Positions 61,027-64,000 of a stretch of DNA of 64,000 nucleotides are shown here, piece after piece (the stretch's first letter is position 1; every line of letters starts with the position of its first letter). Both the position numbers and the translations under genes were made by a program. Origin of the DNA: Podarcis melisellensis. Taxonomy: Eukaryota. A model generated the notes under the pieces. The model ran no database searches. It was not told the origin of the DNA and saw only the letters and a list, made by a program, of their open reading frames with translations. The stretch lies in assembly GCA_964234715.1 (NCBI GenBank), contig OZ174282.1; one strand, written 5' to 3'.

Positions 61027-62270
61027 CGATGGAGCCGGTCTCGCCCCCTGGCCGCCTTTGCAAGACCCGGGCGAGCGGGGAGGGGCCGGGGCGGTGGCAG
61101 CGGGAGCCCCGCCCGCGGAGCCTCACCTGGCGCGGCGGCTTTAAAGGCGCCGGGCAGGCCGGGCGGAGCCCCGCAGTGGTAGTAGCAGCAGGCGAAGCAG
61201 GCGGGCGACGCGAGGGGGCCTCCTTCAGCCCAGGCAGCTCCAGGCGACGCAACGCGGGACGCGCCCGGAGCTCCGACGAGGTTTCTCTTTGCCGACGGCG
61301 GCGCTTTCGCTTCTCGTCGCGGCGATGGGGCTCCCGCGGAGCTGCCTGCGGGCCCTCTTGTTTCTCCTCCTCGAGGTGAGTACCAAACTAAGCGGGACCC
61401 CGAAGGACGGTGTCGGTAAACAGCAGATCCCGGGGAAGGAGAGCGGAGGGGCGCATCAGTGCCTTGGGCGAGATGTTGTTCCTCGAGGGGAGGAGGGTCA
61501 CGTTTCCCTTTCCCGCTTCCCGGAGGCTTCAGGTACCTGACTGTCCCTCCGTTTGCCCCTCTCAGGTGGGGACTCTGCTAGCGGACCCGACGCAACTTTG
61601 CTCCGCTGGCTTCACCTCCAAAGTCTTCACCATCGAGGTGCCGGACGGAGACCTGCCCCGGGGACACGTTTTGGGCCAAGGTGAGGAGGCGGCGGCGCGC
61701 GCGGGGAGAGGGGGATACCGTCTGATGACTTTTCCGGTCCTGGAAGAGGACTGGGGGCTTTGCGTGCTGGGCCGGGGGGGGCGCGATTGCACGATTTCGA
61801 GCATTTGTCTGAAATGAGCCCCTCTCCGTGGCGTCTGGGCGCGCTCGCGTCTTTTTTTGGCTGTCCCTTCTTCTGCTCTTCCTCGGGCTTTGTTGCCCCC
61901 CCGAGGTCTCCTGGCTGATCCTTTCCCTGTGTGGGTGTTTATTTCGATTTCCCGTAGTATAGTTTATGGGGTGGGGCGGGGGTGAGATCCATCTCGGCAG
62001 AGCGCCTCGTGGGCTCCGGTTTGAAGATTGCGACAGGGCAGGAGAGGCGCCTTCGACGGCTGCGACGGGCTCCTCCTGCAGCCCCGGGCGCCGCTTTTCT
62101 AATCCTCGGGATTAGTCTTTTTTCCGACCCTTGCAAATTGGACTGCGGGCTGACCACTGCCTCTCCGACCCCGCCGTTTCTGAAAGCTACGAGTGGGGTT
62201 GGCAAGCGTCACTCGCCCGTGGCCTCTGGCCCTTGAGGTGGCCGCGCTCCGCCTGGCGCGGCAGTACTGT
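61027..62270 (+). promoter_or_regulatory. CpG island / cadherin promoter with GC boxes, E-box and TATA-like element
   Basis: CpG-dense; GGGGCGG box near 61088, CACCTG at 61124-61129, TTTAAA at 61140-61145. Confidence 0.75.
61325..61680 (+). CDS. CDH3: Type I classical cadherin, exons 1-2 (CDH3/B-cadherin-like; CDH1 not excluded), continues beyond the window
   Basis: Exon 61325-61375 MGLPRSCLRALLFLLLE (signal peptide; MGLPR start as in CDH3) and exon 61566-61680 VGTLLADPTQLCSAGFTSKVFTIEVPDGDLPRGHVLGQ (115 nt, prodomain start). Intron 1 is short (190 nt). Cadherin identity is strong; paralogue identity is moderate. Confidence 0.7.
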
Positions 62271-64000
62271 TGGAGGTGTCCTGGAATGGGGGGGGGGTCT
62301 GCTTCCTTCCTGCTTACTCCTGGTGAGATGCTTTGTCCCCAGCCATTCTGCATGATAATCCTGGGCTGATGGCCCTTGATGGGCACCTGGTTGGGCCTGG
62401 GGGGGGGGCGGGGTAGGGCTTATTCCTGCGCAGCCATGTGCTCTCCCCTCCCCCGCCAGGTGTTTGTGAAGCTGTGCTGTCGGAGGGGGTCGGTGATGAG
62501 TTGGTTTTCCACAAGGTGTGGCTTGGAAATGACCAACTCAATGGAATGGAATTCCTGGCAAGGCAATAAAGGAACTTCAGTTGTTGTGGGTTGATTCCCA
62601 TAACTCTTGAGACCCTCATTACCTAGCCCATCTTCTGATAACCCCCCCTCCCTTGTCTTGCCTTTTTGCAATTCAAATCCCAGCATAACCACAAATTGGT
62701 TGTTTTGGCATTAGCATATTCTCTTTCATTTGCCCAACTTTCTCTAATCCATATTTTTTCTTCCTTCTATGCTTAAGACCCCCAAAGGTTGCTCATGAAA
62801 TTTGCCCCCCCCCCTGCTGCCAGTTAAGCTCAAAACAGTTGGAGGTGCTTTGGTGGAAGTTGGCAAAAGGGTTTGCATTCTGATATCTGGAGGAGAAATC
62901 CCCAATGTTTGTACACAGCAAAAACAATAATCACATTATTATTTTTTTAATCAATCGTTTATTTTCCCAGGGATTCCCCTCCCCAATACATTATGAAAAC
63001 TTGTATTCTCATAGACCACAACTTGTACATCTATATAACACATTATTACGTGATCCACAAATCAGTATAAATCTTTGGAACTGTTCTTTGGTTTTCTGAA
63101 GAATTTGTAAATGAACCGAAGCTCCACCATTCTAGTTAAATTGTTTTACTGTTTCTATAGGGACACCAAATCCAGTGCCTGAAGAAGCTTGAGCCAAGTT
63201 TTGCCTCTTGGTATAAGCTTACAGTGGGACAAGGTGGATTTTGCATCTATGGGAGCTGAGGCTTATCATTACTCTTCATACTTATTGCTATCGTTAATAA
63301 TAGTTACTGATATTGTAATTATCCTGTCTTCCTCCAAATAAGTTGTCCTAGCCACTTGCCCCCCATTTTATCCTCTCAACACCTCTGTGAAGTTGATTGG
63401 CTAGGTTGATTGAGAGAGTGAAAAGTCCAAGCTCACCTTATGAGCTTTGCAGCTGAATGGGGATTGGAACCCAGGATTCCCCAGTCATCCCTACACCACC
63501 CCTGCCTCTCTGGCAGCCCTCCCAGAGGAGGTTGTTGTGCCTTCAAGGCTAATCTCCCTGAGCCCCACTTGAATTCCTGTAACAAGGAGCAGATGGGCCT
63601 TTGCAGCCTTTGGGCCAACAGAACTGGGCTTGGCTGATGTCCCACATTACGGCTTCCTCTGTTCCACCCACTGATGGATGAGAATGTTGTTTTCTTTCCT
63701 GAAGGTGGGTGCTACCTAAATTTCGTGATAGACCCCCCCCCAGGCACCTGCTGCATGATGCCGTTGAAGTTCTCTCCATCCTCCTCCATCTTTCATGAGG
63801 TCTGCTGCTCCAGATGATGTTGATAGGGGGCGGGGGGGGGGCAGGCAGGCTGGCCTAGCTGTTCGGCATGGCATCCTAATTGCCAGCAAATGTGTGTCTA
63901 GTTGTTTTGTGAAACAGGGACATTGTGCATGGAACAGAGGCTGGTCTGTCTCCTTTTCTCGGTCACCCCTGCCAGGAGCAGGAATCCGTTTAACTCTCTC

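Overview
Vertebrate genomic DNA, most likely a squamate and probably a lacertid lizard (inferred from a full-length Sauria/Squam1-type SINE and other squamate-type repeats). The window matches the AFG3L1-DBNDD1-GAS8-URAH block (human 16q24.3), followed by the 5' end of a type I classical cadherin. Exon models were built by hand from GT-AG splice sites and phase continuity. They are: (1) intact AFG3L1 m-AAA protease, + strand, 15 exons visible, 5' end outside the window; (2) DBNDD1, - strand, 164 aa; (3) GAS8/DRC4, + strand, 482 aa; (4) CDH3/B-cadherin-like exons 1-2, + strand, in a CpG island. The main discovery is on the - strand at ~51.4-44.5 kb. An inverted partial cadherin duplicate (signal peptide, furin site, EC1-EC2; no prodomain, TM or cytoplasmic exons; adhesion residues W2/K14/E89 replaced) can splice in phase onto the three coding exons of URAH (5-hydroxyisourate hydrolase, transthyretin-like). 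This predicts a 371-aa secreted cadherin-HIUase chimera with a candidate TATA promoter. In this assembly the URAH part carries one in-frame TAA at a conserved Tyr, 42 nt before the last exon junction. The fusion is inferred from sequence alone and needs transcript evidence. Comparisons to known proteins are from memory, not database searches.
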